Shown one piece after another: positions 19,171 through 28,937 of a DNA stretch of 64,000 nucleotides. Within the stretch, counting starts at the first letter, position 1. Every line of letters begins with the position of its first letter. The DNA comes from a virus. Taxonomy: Duplodnaviria; Caudoviricetes. A program made the position numbers and the translations under genes. The notes under the pieces are model-generated. The model did no database searches. It saw nothing but the letters and a program-made list of their open reading frames with translations, and was not told where the DNA came from. The stretch is from the IMG/VR virus record IMGVR_UViG_3300031418_000003; one strand, written 5' to 3'.

Positions 19171-21312
19171 ATGGATTTCTTTAACTTTTCGCCAAGCGTT
19201 GAAAAGGTCGGTTCTTACTATACGGTTACGGGTATAAATTTAAACGCCCTGGAAACTGACTTACGTACTAACTTCGGGACCTCGGTTATCTTTAACCGCA
19301 TCATTATCAAAGTTAATAATCGTAAGTTTAGGATTCACCAATTCTTCATTATCGAACTGGCTTGGATTCTCGATCACTTTACTACCAACAAGAATAAACG
19401 ACAGGTGGATCGTTATCGTGTTGGGATGTACAAATACAAACAACTGTTCGATGAGGTCAAATCCAAAACATGGATTAAAACCACCTTCGAAACATTTGCA
19501 CCATATAACGTTGACAAAGCACTGAAGAACTTTAAGCTAACACCGTTTATGGATCAGCGTGAGTTCCTGGAAGATTATGCCCGTATTAAATTTGGGTATC
19601 AGCTTCGTGGTTGCTTATTGGATGCTGAACCGGGTTCGGGTAAAACGTTCACCAGCTTAGTTTGGTCAGCGATGATTTCTCCCTATAAGACAGTCATCGT
19701 AGTTCCAAAACACTTGGTGAATAATCCCTGGGTTGAGGAGATGACCAATAAGTACTTTAAGGTCGTTCCGAAGATATGGACTTCGCTGGATGGAACTAAC
19801 CCCCTTAATCACACCGACTGCGATTACTTTATTATCTATAAAGAGAATCTGCGTTCGGGGGAATACGACCCACTTATCAACGCGATCTCTAAAAACGGTA
19901 AAGAACCGATCAAGATCATTGTAGATGAATCCCACAACTACAATGAATCGAAATCACAGCAGTCTCAGGGCTTAATTCAGTTAGGCAGTCATCCGTACGT
20001 TTCTGATGTACTCTTTATGTCAGGGACTCCGATTAAAGCTCAGGGTCGTGAGACCTTTGTCTTGTTTAAAGTTATTGACAAGTATTTCGATAGCTATGTG
20101 CAAGACGACTTTAATAAAATGTACGGTCGCGACAATGCCTTCTTGAATGAAATGCTGGCTCACCGACTGGGTCGTATTAAGTTTACTATTACCAGCGTTG
20201 ATGGCATCGGTAAACCACCGGAGCCGATTATCTGGCCGGTGAGTTTCCCTGGGGCAGAACAATATACCTTGAGTGCGATTCGTGCTGAGATGATGAACTT
20301 CATTTCTGAACGCGTTAGCTTCTATAATAAGGTCATGCCGAAGTACAATGCAGATTGGCAGAAGTTTGTTGATAACTATGCTAATTGGATCAGCGGTGAT
20401 CAGTTAGAAGAAGCAGAACTCAAACAGTATGTGAACACAGTCGAGTACTTCCGTAAGTTTGGCTATAACAACTTCACGGATGCCGACAAGTCTAAGTTCT
20501 GTCACAAGGTAGAGGCGAAGATTGAGAATGAGTTACGGGGAGAGGATCTGAAGTATTTCCGTAACATCAAATCTGCCGTCAAATACTTGAGCTTGAAGAT
20601 CCGTGGAGAGGCACTGGGACGCGTCCTGTCGCGTGCAAGGATGGATGCGGTACGTGACACCATTATTCATGCTAAACTGCCTGAGCTTATCAATGCGGTG
20701 AAGAAAAAGACCCTTGTTTATACTTCCTACATTGAAGTTATTAGAACGTTGACCGAATACTTCAATCAGGTTGGCATTGGTTCTCTATCGGTACACGGTG
20801 AGAACAGTAAAGACATTGATAAAGTGGTTGAACAGTTCCGGGACGATAAAAGCATCCAGGTTCTCAATACAACCTTTAACACCTTGAAAGAAGGTTATCC
20901 GCTCATCATGGCTAACCAGATCATCATGATGAACGCACCGTTCCGTTCTTATGAAACCAAACAGACCATTGCCCGTATTCACCGTAAAGGTCAAGACGTG
21001 GAATGTTTCGTTTATTTGTTGGATCTCGATACCGGAAATGAAGAGAATATCACTTCACGTTCTATCGATATCATGGAGTGGAGTCGTGAGCAAGTTGACG
21101 TGTTGTTGGGTGGTGGAAAGTTACCTACTCAGGTTGATGGTGTTTCCCTTGCGGTTAAAGGGTTGTGGGGTTCTGCTGTCTCTGGTTTCGAGAGTTATTA
21201 TGATACCGAGATCATGGCACCCGAGAAGTTTGATGAGGCATTGTTTATGGATCACATCCACATGGATCATGACGTTGGGTTTACCAACCCTACTGTAAAC
21301 GATCTGTTCTAA
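19171..21312 (+). CDS. SNF2-like superfamily 2 helicase
   Basis: LLDAEPGSGKT (I), IIVDESHN (II), SGTP (III), LKEG (V), QTIARIHRKGQ (VI). Confidence 0.9.
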   Translation: MDFFNFSPSVEKVGSYYTVTGINLNALETDLRTNFGTSVIFNRIIIKVNNRKFRIHQFFIIELAWILDHFTTNKNKRQVDRYRVGMYKYKQLFDEVKSKTWIKTTFETFAPYNVDKALKNFKLTPFMDQREFLEDYARIKFGYQLRGCLLDAEPGSGKTFTSLVWSAMISPYKTVIVVPKHLVNNPWVEEMTNKYFKVVPKIWTSLDGTNPLNHTDCDYFIIYKENLRSGEYDPLINAISKNGKEPIKIIVDESHNYNESKSQQSQGLIQLGSHPYVSDVLFMSGTPIKAQGRETFVLFKVIDKYFDSYVQDDFNKMYGRDNAFLNEMLAHRLGRIKFTITSVDGIGKPPEPIIWPVSFPGAEQYTLSAIRAEMMNFISERVSFYNKVMPKYNADWQKFVDNYANWISGDQLEEAELKQYVNTVEYFRKFGYNNFTDADKSKFCHKVEAKIENELRGEDLKYFRNIKSAVKYLSLKIRGEALGRVLSRARMDAVRDTIIHAKLPELINAVKKKTLVYTSYIEVIRTLTEYFNQVGIGSLSVHGENSKDIDKVVEQFRDDKSIQVLNTTFNTLKEGYPLIMANQIIMMNAPFRSYETKQTIARIHRKGQDVECFVYLLDLDTGNEENITSRSIDIMEWSREQVDVLLGGGKLPTQVDGVSLAVKGLWGSAVSGFESYYDTEIMAPEKFDEALFMDHIHMDHDVGFTNPTVNDLF

Positions 21313-21318
21313 AATAGT

Positions 21319-21344
21319 TCCTACCTGCCGAGAGGTGGGTAGGA
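21319..21344 (+). terminator. Hairpin terminator (family 1 variant)
   Basis: tcctacctgcc-gaga-ggtgggtagga followed by ttatttgtatt. Confidence 0.65.
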
Positions 21345-21382
21345 TTATTTGTATTGTTACAACTCACACATTAAGGTTTATT

Positions 21383-22438
21383 ATGGAACGTTCTTTTGCT
21401 GTAGTGGCAGGCTTCGAACATGAAGCAGAATTATTGGTTGGGCTTGATGACCTGCGGGATATCACCGATCACGAAGTACCCAAAACACCTGAAGCAGTTT
21501 ATACTGAAACCGTGCTGAAGTTAGACGGTGGTACGTATGATATCGTTGATGGTCAGGAAGGTTTCCTGGATAACATCAAACGTGGAGCTACCAAAGTCTA
21601 CGAATGGATCAAGTCCATTATCAAGGCTATCAAGGAGTGGTTATTTGGCAAACCACGCCGGGAAGTAGCAGAGGTTGAGAAGTCTGTTATCAAGATCAGC
21701 AAAGAGTTGGATGAACAACTCAAAGTGGTTGATAAAGCAACATCCGAAGATATCCTTCGCACCGTTGCTGATCTCCATGTGCCAGAAGCTCAAAAGCAGA
21801 AAATCAAGCAAGCTATTCAGCGTATTCCTGCTGAGGATCGAGCTATTATTAATCAGACAACAGTCCCGACGGCTGATACTCCTTCGACTGATAAATCTGA
21901 AAAGATTATTTCTGAAATGAGTAACCGTTTAATTTCGAGAGTTAAATCAGTAAAAACGAATCTGGATGAAATTAAGCGTGTTGATCCCGAAGGCATTGTT
22001 TCTAAAGAGCTGGGTATTGACGACTTCTTAAAGAACATTGCTGATGACTCTCTGACTAGTTCAAGACTTGGGCTTGGTCTTGCAAGCAGTAGAATCATCA
22101 CTGACGTTGCCGAAGTAATCGTGAAGGCAGCCCAGGGTTACGATATTGCTCTGGCAGATGCAACCAAGCATTTAGAGAAAATGAACAACGAAGGTCCATT
22201 TGCTGTTGAGGATGAACGTTCACGTCAGGTTTCTCGTGCAGCTAAAGTTGTACTGGAATTGGGGAATGCTGCTAATAAGATGCGTGATCTGGTAGTGTCC
22301 CTTGACAGCCAGTTAATGAAGACTGCTGCTCAAATGGAAACCATTGCATTATCAGCTCGTGTTATTGAAGCAATGAAACACACCAGAGAACCGTCTAACC
22401 AATATCTACAAATGGTTCTTGATGAATTAAAAATGTAA
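21383..22438 (+). CDS. Putative internal head (ejection) protein with propeptide
   Basis: Start at 21383; acidic N-terminus with AGFE/H and GQE/G, then GFLDNIKRGATKVYEWIKSIIKAIKEWLFG, the pattern of phiKZ-family inner-head proteins. Confidence 0.65.
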   Translation: MERSFAVVAGFEHEAELLVGLDDLRDITDHEVPKTPEAVYTETVLKLDGGTYDIVDGQEGFLDNIKRGATKVYEWIKSIIKAIKEWLFGKPRREVAEVEKSVIKISKELDEQLKVVDKATSEDILRTVADLHVPEAQKQKIKQAIQRIPAEDRAIINQTTVPTADTPSTDKSEKIISEMSNRLISRVKSVKTNLDEIKRVDPEGIVSKELGIDDFLKNIADDSLTSSRLGLGLASSRIITDVAEVIVKAAQGYDIALADATKHLEKMNNEGPFAVEDERSRQVSRAAKVVLELGNAANKMRDLVVSLDSQLMKTAAQMETIALSARVIEAMKHTREPSNQYLQMVLDELKM

Positions 22439-22449
22439 ACATACTTATA

Positions 22450-22477
22450 CCTCTCTACTCCAATTGGAGTAGAGAGG
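22450..22477 (+). terminator. Hairpin terminator (family 1) between convergent genes
   Basis: cctctctactcc-aatt-ggagtagagagg; ttatttttt about 25 nt downstream. Confidence 0.75.
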
Positions 22478-22509
22478 CTTTGAGTAAAGTAAAGATATTG
22501 CTTTATTTT

Positions 22510-23931
22510 TTATCTGCCTAATTCTTTTAGGCTATATACACGAAGATTCGCGTTACTATTAGAATGGATATAATCGTAATCAGGTGTGCTAACAATCGTG
22601 CAATAACTTACACCGGCATCGTCATTGAAATCCAATGCCAGATATACCTTCATGTTATCCACTTTGTTTACGATCAAACTGTTCAGCGAGTTACGCTCCG
22701 GCATGTCATACTTCACTGACAAGTTCACAGTGACAGGTTTAACACAACCAGGGGCTTCGATCTTAATCGGAACGGTTAAGGTGTTGTTGGTAAAGTCTGG
22801 GTGAATTTTCCATTTCCCTTTTGGATCTTTCACAAAGAAGTTATCAGTGATATCAATAAATTGGTTCTTTCTGTACCAGCCGTTTTCATCCCGCTGACGG
22901 AAGAACTTATGAATGAAATCCAATCGAGCGTGTGCATCTCGAATGCGATAACTTAACCCAGGTGGATCGATGAATTCTACTAACACGGCATCTTCCGTGT
23001 TTCCTACGGTCATTGGAGCAACCAGATCTTTCTTACCAAAGACGCCAGGGATTGTGTCGACAACGCGAGCAATCTCTTTTGACTTAATAAAGTTCAAGTT
23101 ACCTGCTGACATGATGTTATACGGGTTCGGTTTATTACGTTGACAGAACGTAAATAACTTATCCAACGTCGCAATAGGTGTCTTCGTATAGAGGGACGAG
23201 TAGTAAACATCCGGTGTGGCTTTACCGTAATAGTTCTTATCAGGGTCGACCCGTCCGAACGTGTACTTGCGATACCCTAACTCATCGACATCAAGGAAGT
23301 CAGATTTATCGCCTGTGTTGAAATACCAACGTGAGGCGGTGACTAACTTGTTGAAATCGATTTCGGGATCTTTATAAGCTTTGAGATCAAGCTTATCCAG
23401 TGACACGGCTTCGGATGCTGGAAGCTCAGAGAGAGCAGTCGCAAGCTCCAGTTGCTTATGCGCAACCTTAGGACCTTCCCCACCTTTCGCATAATACTCG
23501 ATATCCAAGATGATATCTTTCTTGTGCTCTGTATACAGGGTATGAACACGTTTAAATAAGTCAGGGTCTAATCCCTCAGGGTGACGTCCTGCTGTTACCA
23601 TTTTGTGTCCTTTGACACAGTTGGTAATGACAAGCAGTTTGTTACCATCGGTCTTATTCACTAACCATTCATTAATGATCAACTCAAGTTGCAGAAGAAA
23701 TGCGGCTGTTTCATTCGGTTGGTTTAAAACGCGTCCATTATAAATATCAACCATATCCACTGGGATATTTTGATAGTTACCATTCACGAAGAAACCGTAA
23801 ACAGAGGGCGCATCTTTGATAAGTTTGCGTCTGCTTTCTTTATTGGGATCGTACGAATAACCGTGACCACCCGAAAGACCCACGTTCTTATCTTTAACGA
23901 ATGTGCTAACAATGTAATAGACAATGTTCAT
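22510..23931 (-). CDS. RNase H-fold virion protein (phiKZ gp155-like), apparently lacking catalytic acids
   Basis: N-terminal strand plus GLSGGHGY, LLVITNC, DLFKRV and KGGEGPKVAHKQLELA map onto RNase HI elements; long C-terminal extension. Confidence 0.6.
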   Translation of the reverse strand: MNIVYYIVSTFVKDKNVGLSGGHGYSYDPNKESRRKLIKDAPSVYGFFVNGNYQNIPVDMVDIYNGRVLNQPNETAAFLLQLELIINEWLVNKTDGNKLLVITNCVKGHKMVTAGRHPEGLDPDLFKRVHTLYTEHKKDIILDIEYYAKGGEGPKVAHKQLELATALSELPASEAVSLDKLDLKAYKDPEIDFNKLVTASRWYFNTGDKSDFLDVDELGYRKYTFGRVDPDKNYYGKATPDVYYSSLYTKTPIATLDKLFTFCQRNKPNPYNIMSAGNLNFIKSKEIARVVDTIPGVFGKKDLVAPMTVGNTEDAVLVEFIDPPGLSYRIRDAHARLDFIHKFFRQRDENGWYRKNQFIDITDNFFVKDPKGKWKIHPDFTNNTLTVPIKIEAPGCVKPVTVNLSVKYDMPERNSLNSLIVNKVDNMKVYLALDFNDDAGVSYCTIVSTPDYDYIHSNSNANLRVYSLKELGR

Positions 23932-23989
23932 CTGTGAATATACCTGACGTTTTTGTTATGTAACAACTAATTCACATCCTTGTCTTATT

Positions 23990-24391
23990 TTATTTCTTCA
24001 CTTTATTTTGCAGGCTTGTATTATCTTTTTTCAGTTGTGCGTTATCTTCCAGAAGTTTATGAATGGCTGAATCCATTTCTTTCAGCTTATCATTTTTCTT
24101 TTGGATCTCGGCGTACTGATCGGTATTGATGCGAAACAGCTGGTTCATGTTCTCCTGTTGTGTTCCCATGAAAGAATCGATCTTTTCAACAGAACGTTCC
24201 AGGTCAGCCATGTACCATCCAGTAACGATATACTTAGCTGTCATCGTTGCACCCAAGATTGCCATCATCAGCGCAAACAAAAGCACCTTCTTTAAAAGAT
24301 GTTCTTGTTTCTCTTCATAGGTGGTGCCCTTGGTAATGCGAATGAGGTAGCTAATAATCCTATTGGTTAGTTCCCTAAGAAAAATGTTCAT
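23990..24391 (-). CDS. Single-TM membrane protein with C-terminal coiled coil
   Basis: VLLFALMMAILGATMTAKYIV followed by a heptad-rich region. Confidence 0.65.
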   Translation of the reverse strand: MNIFLRELTNRIISYLIRITKGTTYEEKQEHLLKKVLLFALMMAILGATMTAKYIVTGWYMADLERSVEKIDSFMGTQQENMNQLFRINTDQYAEIQKKNDKLKEMDSAIHKLLEDNAQLKKDNTSLQNKVKK

Positions 24392-24441
24392 TGCTGTGGT
24401 TCCACCAAATTAATTTGCCTATTATAGCTAAAGGTTACTTT

Positions 24442-25779
24442 ATGTCAACGTCAACAGCCCTTTATAGTTGCTTTGCCGAAATTCACGACTTGATCATTAA
24501 CGGATCAAATTCTCCAATCGGAGAGCTGACAAATAAAACTCGCTCATACGCTAAAGAGCCAGACTTTTATTCCCAGCCCGATGCAGATATTGATCTGTGG
24601 GGATTCCGTGGAGTTTCGAGCACGTCGAAATACGAAAAGATTCCGACTGCCTTTGTTAAACCAGTTGTCGATATGATTTCCTGGTTATATACCCAAGCCA
24701 TCGGCAACAAAACCACAGACTCGTCCCAGTCTTGTTTGCAGTTGTTAAAAGCAACGTATACCACAAACTGGACTTGGACTGATGTTGGTGTGATGGTCAC
24801 CAACAATGCGATCTGGTTACCTTCCAGCATCACGTTCACCCTCAAGGTCGGTGACGAGACTAACGACTTCAAAATTTGGTTTGCCAATGAGTATTTCGCT
24901 GTTGAGTTCCCGTATCGCGAAATCTATGTTGTCCATCCCGTCCCCATTGCCAATATCGACGCATTGGCGAATCAGAACTTTAAGCAAGTTCTTCAGTTGA
25001 TTCAGGCACAAACCACTGCAAAAATTGAAGACCGTGTTGATGCGCTATTAGGAAAAGATTACCCTCCTTACAGTGCACGTGTTGTGTATAGTTTTGATAT
25101 TTACGATTTGGTGAACACACCAAATAAAAATACAGGTGATTGGACTGTCATCTATTATGGCAACCCGAATGACGCTGAAGAAGAAACGTATGAACAAATC
25201 AAACAGTGCATACTTTCTAATTCCCAGTACGATGAAACCAAGTGGGCAGACATTATTCCTGATCTGTTCAATCCGCTTGAATTTGCTATCGTTCCGTACT
25301 GGAATAAGATCGGTATTCAGAACGAAACCGTCGCCGGTTCTACCCTGAGTCCTATCTTTACTTATGACGGCGGTACTGATCTCCCAACGAAATACGGTGC
25401 CCTGTGGGATGCCAGTAAGATCATAAAATCGTTACAGGTCGTTCCATCTCTTTATAAGTCGGCACATATGGCTTTTGTAGGGAAACCAACTAACCATAAT
25501 GATCTGGATTTGATCACGGAAATCTTCCCGGATTACCAGCTGATTCCATCTACGGATTCACAAGCTGGCATGATGAGCAAGGCAACCTCTCAGTTTATCA
25601 AAGATCTGGAAGGTATGTTAGCAGCCGCTGAAACAGTTACCCCTGACGGTATGCCGCCGACCGGTATCCAGCGTGTGACGAAAAACGGAATGCTTTATAT
25701 TACGCGTCGTTCCTCCAACGTAAAGCTGAGCATGATTACCCGTTATCAATTCGTTAAAGATGGAATCCTGACTGAATGA
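24442..25779 (+). CDS. Putative virion structural protein
   Basis: ~445-aa ORF (start at MSTSTAL, AAGG RBS) in the structural core. Confidence 0.55.
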   Translation: MSTSTALYSCFAEIHDLIINGSNSPIGELTNKTRSYAKEPDFYSQPDADIDLWGFRGVSSTSKYEKIPTAFVKPVVDMISWLYTQAIGNKTTDSSQSCLQLLKATYTTNWTWTDVGVMVTNNAIWLPSSITFTLKVGDETNDFKIWFANEYFAVEFPYREIYVVHPVPIANIDALANQNFKQVLQLIQAQTTAKIEDRVDALLGKDYPPYSARVVYSFDIYDLVNTPNKNTGDWTVIYYGNPNDAEEETYEQIKQCILSNSQYDETKWADIIPDLFNPLEFAIVPYWNKIGIQNETVAGSTLSPIFTYDGGTDLPTKYGALWDASKIIKSLQVVPSLYKSAHMAFVGKPTNHNDLDLITEIFPDYQLIPSTDSQAGMMSKATSQFIKDLEGMLAAAETVTPDGMPPTGIQRVTKNGMLYITRRSSNVKLSMITRYQFVKDGILTE

Positions 25780-26441
25780 GTACAACCACAAATATAATCC
25801 CACAGCTGTATGCTAAAGGTTCCTTCGAGGCATACCCACCATTTGACAGTGTGGTAAGTCCGGCTGCGTTTTATACTGTACAGAGTGTTGTTACTCCGTC
25901 CCAGATGTTGGCTAGAAAAGTTGATCTGTTTAAAACGGTATGGGAACCTGCGGGTGCAACTGAAGCGGATTATCAGCAACAGTTAAACGCCCTGCAGAAT
26001 CTTGACGGTGCGATCATTATTCTTTCCAGCAAGAATGGACCTGATGTTTACGTTCCTTCAACCTACATCAAGTCCTATCCGCTGGTCGACGGTGTTATCT
26101 ATGAGCACCTGTGTATTATCACGGATTGTGGTGCAGTCCCTCCTGCTTTCAAAGATCTCTTGAATTCAGGTGTCGATCATTTCAATAACTACATGAAAGA
26201 CAACTACGGATTGACAAATCCACGCACAACGCTGGGCACTATTCAAACCCGCGGTTATGTTCCTAAAGAACAAGCCGAAGCCTGGGAGAACACCCGACAG
26301 CAACAGATCAAAAATGACCCTTCTGATTTGATTCGTTTGAATAACGCCCTGGCAACCATCGCACAACAAGCTGCTTATATCACCGAGCTTGAAGATGCAT
26401 TGAAAGCCAAAGCTACCGCCACTGAAGAAACAAAAAAATAA
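25776..26441 (+). CDS. Putative virion structural protein
   Basis: 221 aa, ATGA overlap with the upstream gene, C-terminal coiled coil. Confidence 0.55.
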   Translation: MSTTTNIIPQLYAKGSFEAYPPFDSVVSPAAFYTVQSVVTPSQMLARKVDLFKTVWEPAGATEADYQQQLNALQNLDGAIIILSSKNGPDVYVPSTYIKSYPLVDGVIYEHLCIITDCGAVPPAFKDLLNSGVDHFNNYMKDNYGLTNPRTTLGTIQTRGYVPKEQAEAWENTRQQQIKNDPSDLIRLNNALATIAQQAAYITELEDALKAKATATEETKK

Positions 26442-26450
26442 ACAAGATCA

Positions 26451-26480
26451 ACTCTACTCTCCCGTTTGGGAGAGTAGAGT
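26451..26480 (-). terminator. Hairpin terminator (family 1) between convergent genes
   Basis: actctactctccc-gttt-gggagagtagagt; offset ttattttttt on the minus strand. Confidence 0.78.
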
Positions 26481-26487
26481 ATCTTTA

Positions 26488-27111
26488 TTATAGGTTAAAT
26501 ATTTTTGGCGTGATCTGTTCTAAACAGATAGAACGAACCTGAAGTTTATCACCTTTCATGATATTCCATCCGCCACAGATTCCTGACTCAAGCCAGAGAT
26601 TGTCACCGATTGTATATCGTTCATATAAACCAAACGAAATAGAATCGAGTGCTTTAAAGATTGCCTTTCTTACTTTGTTAGGTTGCTTCACGATTTCTTT
26701 AAAATGGTGAGTCAACATCCCCTGCCTGATAAACCCTAAGAAACAGTCAAAGTGACTTTCATTAGGTTTCAGTACACCTACATCTTTCCATTGAACAAAC
26801 AAAGTAATCCGTTTATTCAGCGCATGACAGTCTACCTGTACACCACGCTTATCGGCAGTCATAAAGATCACCGATGATTTAAACACTGAAGCAGCCACAC
26901 GTTCCCACAGCCCACATTCGACATAAGGGTTGTTACGTTCCGGCTTTACTGCAACTGGCAGTATGACTAATGGAGCATTGTCAGATGTTCTAAAAGCCTC
27001 ATAAAAGTAACCTTTGCGAATATCCAAATGTTGGATAGATTTTTGAGTAATAACTACTTCACGAAGTTTAGGAATGGGCTTCGTGATTAACGTACCTGGA
27101 TGCGTGTACAT
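26488..27111 (-). CDS. Hypothetical protein
   Basis: 207-aa ORF, last gene of a minus-strand operon. Confidence 0.65.
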   Translation of the reverse strand: MYTHPGTLITKPIPKLREVVITQKSIQHLDIRKGYFYEAFRTSDNAPLVILPVAVKPERNNPYVECGLWERVAASVFKSSVIFMTADKRGVQVDCHALNKRITLFVQWKDVGVLKPNESHFDCFLGFIRQGMLTHHFKEIVKQPNKVRKAIFKALDSISFGLYERYTIGDNLWLESGICGGWNIMKGDKLQVRSICLEQITPKIFNL

Positions 27112-27131
27112 TAGTGTCGGTCCTGTAAAGG

Positions 27132-27824
27132 TTAAGCCGAAGGTTGTGAAACTTTACCCGTTGATGTTGCGAGGTCTGCCAAACCAACAGAATTTACTCC
27201 CTTAGCGTTTACACAGTTGAAAACAGTTCGGCGAGGATTACCTTTATCGCGATCTGATTCCTGCACATAAGAACGTTCGTCCTTATCAGCTTGGGAATAA
27301 ACCAGCGCGCTGATCTGCATAGTAAAAGAACGCACCCCTTCAAACGAACCCAGGGACTCATGGTAAACACAAGTATCACGACCACGTAATGTATGCTTGA
27401 TAACACTACTCGCGATTGTGTTGCTTTCTGTGAACTCTGGTGAGACATCTGGAATGATGTTAGCAATTTTGTTGATATCCACGACATCGCCGATGTCAAC
27501 AGTACGGATAAAGGTACGTTCCCGATTGGCACGCAGACCCAGTTCAGGAATAAAGCCATTCACATGCAACAACACCGGTGAATGTTCCTTGATGTTCGCT
27601 TCGCCAGGTTTGCTTGACCAGGTTTTCCAGTGGAAGGTCAGACGAATCTGGATAAACTCTTTGGGATCGTAAAGATGTTTGGACTTATCGGGGATCAGCT
27701 TAAACAGGTTGGTTTTAAAGCGGTTGAGTACTTGGTTGATTTCGTACCCGTATTCGTTGGGATTGGAAATGGTATTACATTTGTCCAAAGAGAGACGCAG
27801 TGCCCCAATGAGTGTATCGATCAT
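27132..27824 (-). CDS. Hypothetical protein
   Basis: 230-aa ORF, ATGA-coupled. Confidence 0.65.
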   Translation of the reverse strand: MIDTLIGALRLSLDKCNTISNPNEYGYEINQVLNRFKTNLFKLIPDKSKHLYDPKEFIQIRLTFHWKTWSSKPGEANIKEHSPVLLHVNGFIPELGLRANRERTFIRTVDIGDVVDINKIANIIPDVSPEFTESNTIASSVIKHTLRGRDTCVYHESLGSFEGVRSFTMQISALVYSQADKDERSYVQESDRDKGNPRRTVFNCVNAKGVNSVGLADLATSTGKVSQPSA

Positions 27825-28324
27825 AATGAATCCTTGATATTGCGTGAGAAAAGTGCGTAGTGATTTAATTTAACTTTAACTGACTTATCTTTATAAATGG
27901 TCAGCTGATCTTTGTGAAGATAGAAGGTGATCCCATCCTCGGTATTCCCGATGGAATTGCGAACAACATCAGGTAGTAATTCCCTGACAATGGTGATGGC
28001 TTTGTTACGTTTATTATTGGAAAGCCTGCCGTCATCAAAATCTAACAGATTGGCAAATACTGCATGGATGGTTGACAAACGTTTATCCACTTCTGGAAGA
28101 GTGTGTAACTGCATGGCTACTGCTTTGCCTTTACCTGAGTAAGGAAAGACTACCAGCAACGCATCTTTACGACCGTGATATTTAACTACCATCACATCGT
28201 CAGATAATACAGTTACAATTGGATTCTGGTTGGCAAAAATAACCATCCGATTCCACCCTTCTTCTTCCGCATTCTCAGGTGCAGAGAAACACACCAAACC
28301 ACCTTGCTTAAGGTAAATTTCCAT
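27821..28324 (-). CDS. Hypothetical protein
   Basis: 167-aa ORF, TAATG-coupled. Confidence 0.65.
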   Translation of the reverse strand: MEIYLKQGGLVCFSAPENAEEEGWNRMVIFANQNPIVTVLSDDVMVVKYHGRKDALLVVFPYSGKGKAVAMQLHTLPEVDKRLSTIHAVFANLLDFDDGRLSNNKRNKAITIVRELLPDVVRNSIGNTEDGITFYLHKDQLTIYKDKSVKVKLNHYALFSRNIKDSL

Positions 28325-28815
28325 TACGACACCATAATAGTGATTTGAGAGATACCGCCTGTTACCGGAATACTTGTTACGGTAAACCCGTCGTCAATTC
28401 CGATAGATTGCAGTGAAGCACTGACGAAGTTCTGAATACGGCTGGAGATATCGTCAGAATACATGACGTCTGCATTCATCGCAAACATGTCGATCGCCAT
28501 ATTGCAATCATCAGCAGCTGCCTGAATCAGATCGTTAATGACTGAGCCGTTGTAGTTTTCACCATCGATCAGTTCCTTTACTTCATAGGTAGGAGGAAGC
28601 ATCTTACCTTCAGAGAAATGGCTCAGACCATATTTGATCTGTGCTTTCTCAACAGGACCGGTTGAGGTAAACGTAACAGAATGTTCGATAATACAGCTGA
28701 CGCGAGCACCTGCCGGCGCCAGTTCTTGAACACGGCTTTTCTCAGCACGAACCACTTGAACCAACTGAGTCAGATAGTTGCGCACGTCTAAAGAGTCTAC
28801 TAATAAATTGGTCAT
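28324..28815 (-). CDS. Hypothetical protein
   Basis: 163 aa; first gene after the promoter-like motif; AGGA RBS. Confidence 0.7.
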   Translation of the reverse strand: MTNLLVDSLDVRNYLTQLVQVVRAEKSRVQELAPAGARVSCIIEHSVTFTSTGPVEKAQIKYGLSHFSEGKMLPPTYEVKELIDGENYNGSVINDLIQAAADDCNMAIDMFAMNADVMYSDDISSRIQNFVSASLQSIGIDDGFTVTSIPVTGGISQITIMVS

Positions 28816-28858
28816 GACAGATTTTCCTAAAGTAAATTAATTGTGAGTGTTACAAAGT

Positions 28859-28876
28859 AATAATATCGAACTAAAA
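28859..28876 (-). promoter_or_regulatory. Putative early promoter motif (degenerate)
   Basis: Minus strand TTTTAGTTCGATATTATT. Confidence 0.5.
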
Positions 28877-28937
28877 AGAAATGTAACTAAACATGCAAAA
28901 ACTTAAGGCAGGTTTCCCCACCTTAAGTTTAGGTTAC

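Noticed and set aside
23990-24391. TM plus coiled-coil protein as an inner-membrane spanin
   Set aside because: No overlapping lipoprotein o-spanin or adjacent endolysin/holin seen; left as a membrane protein.
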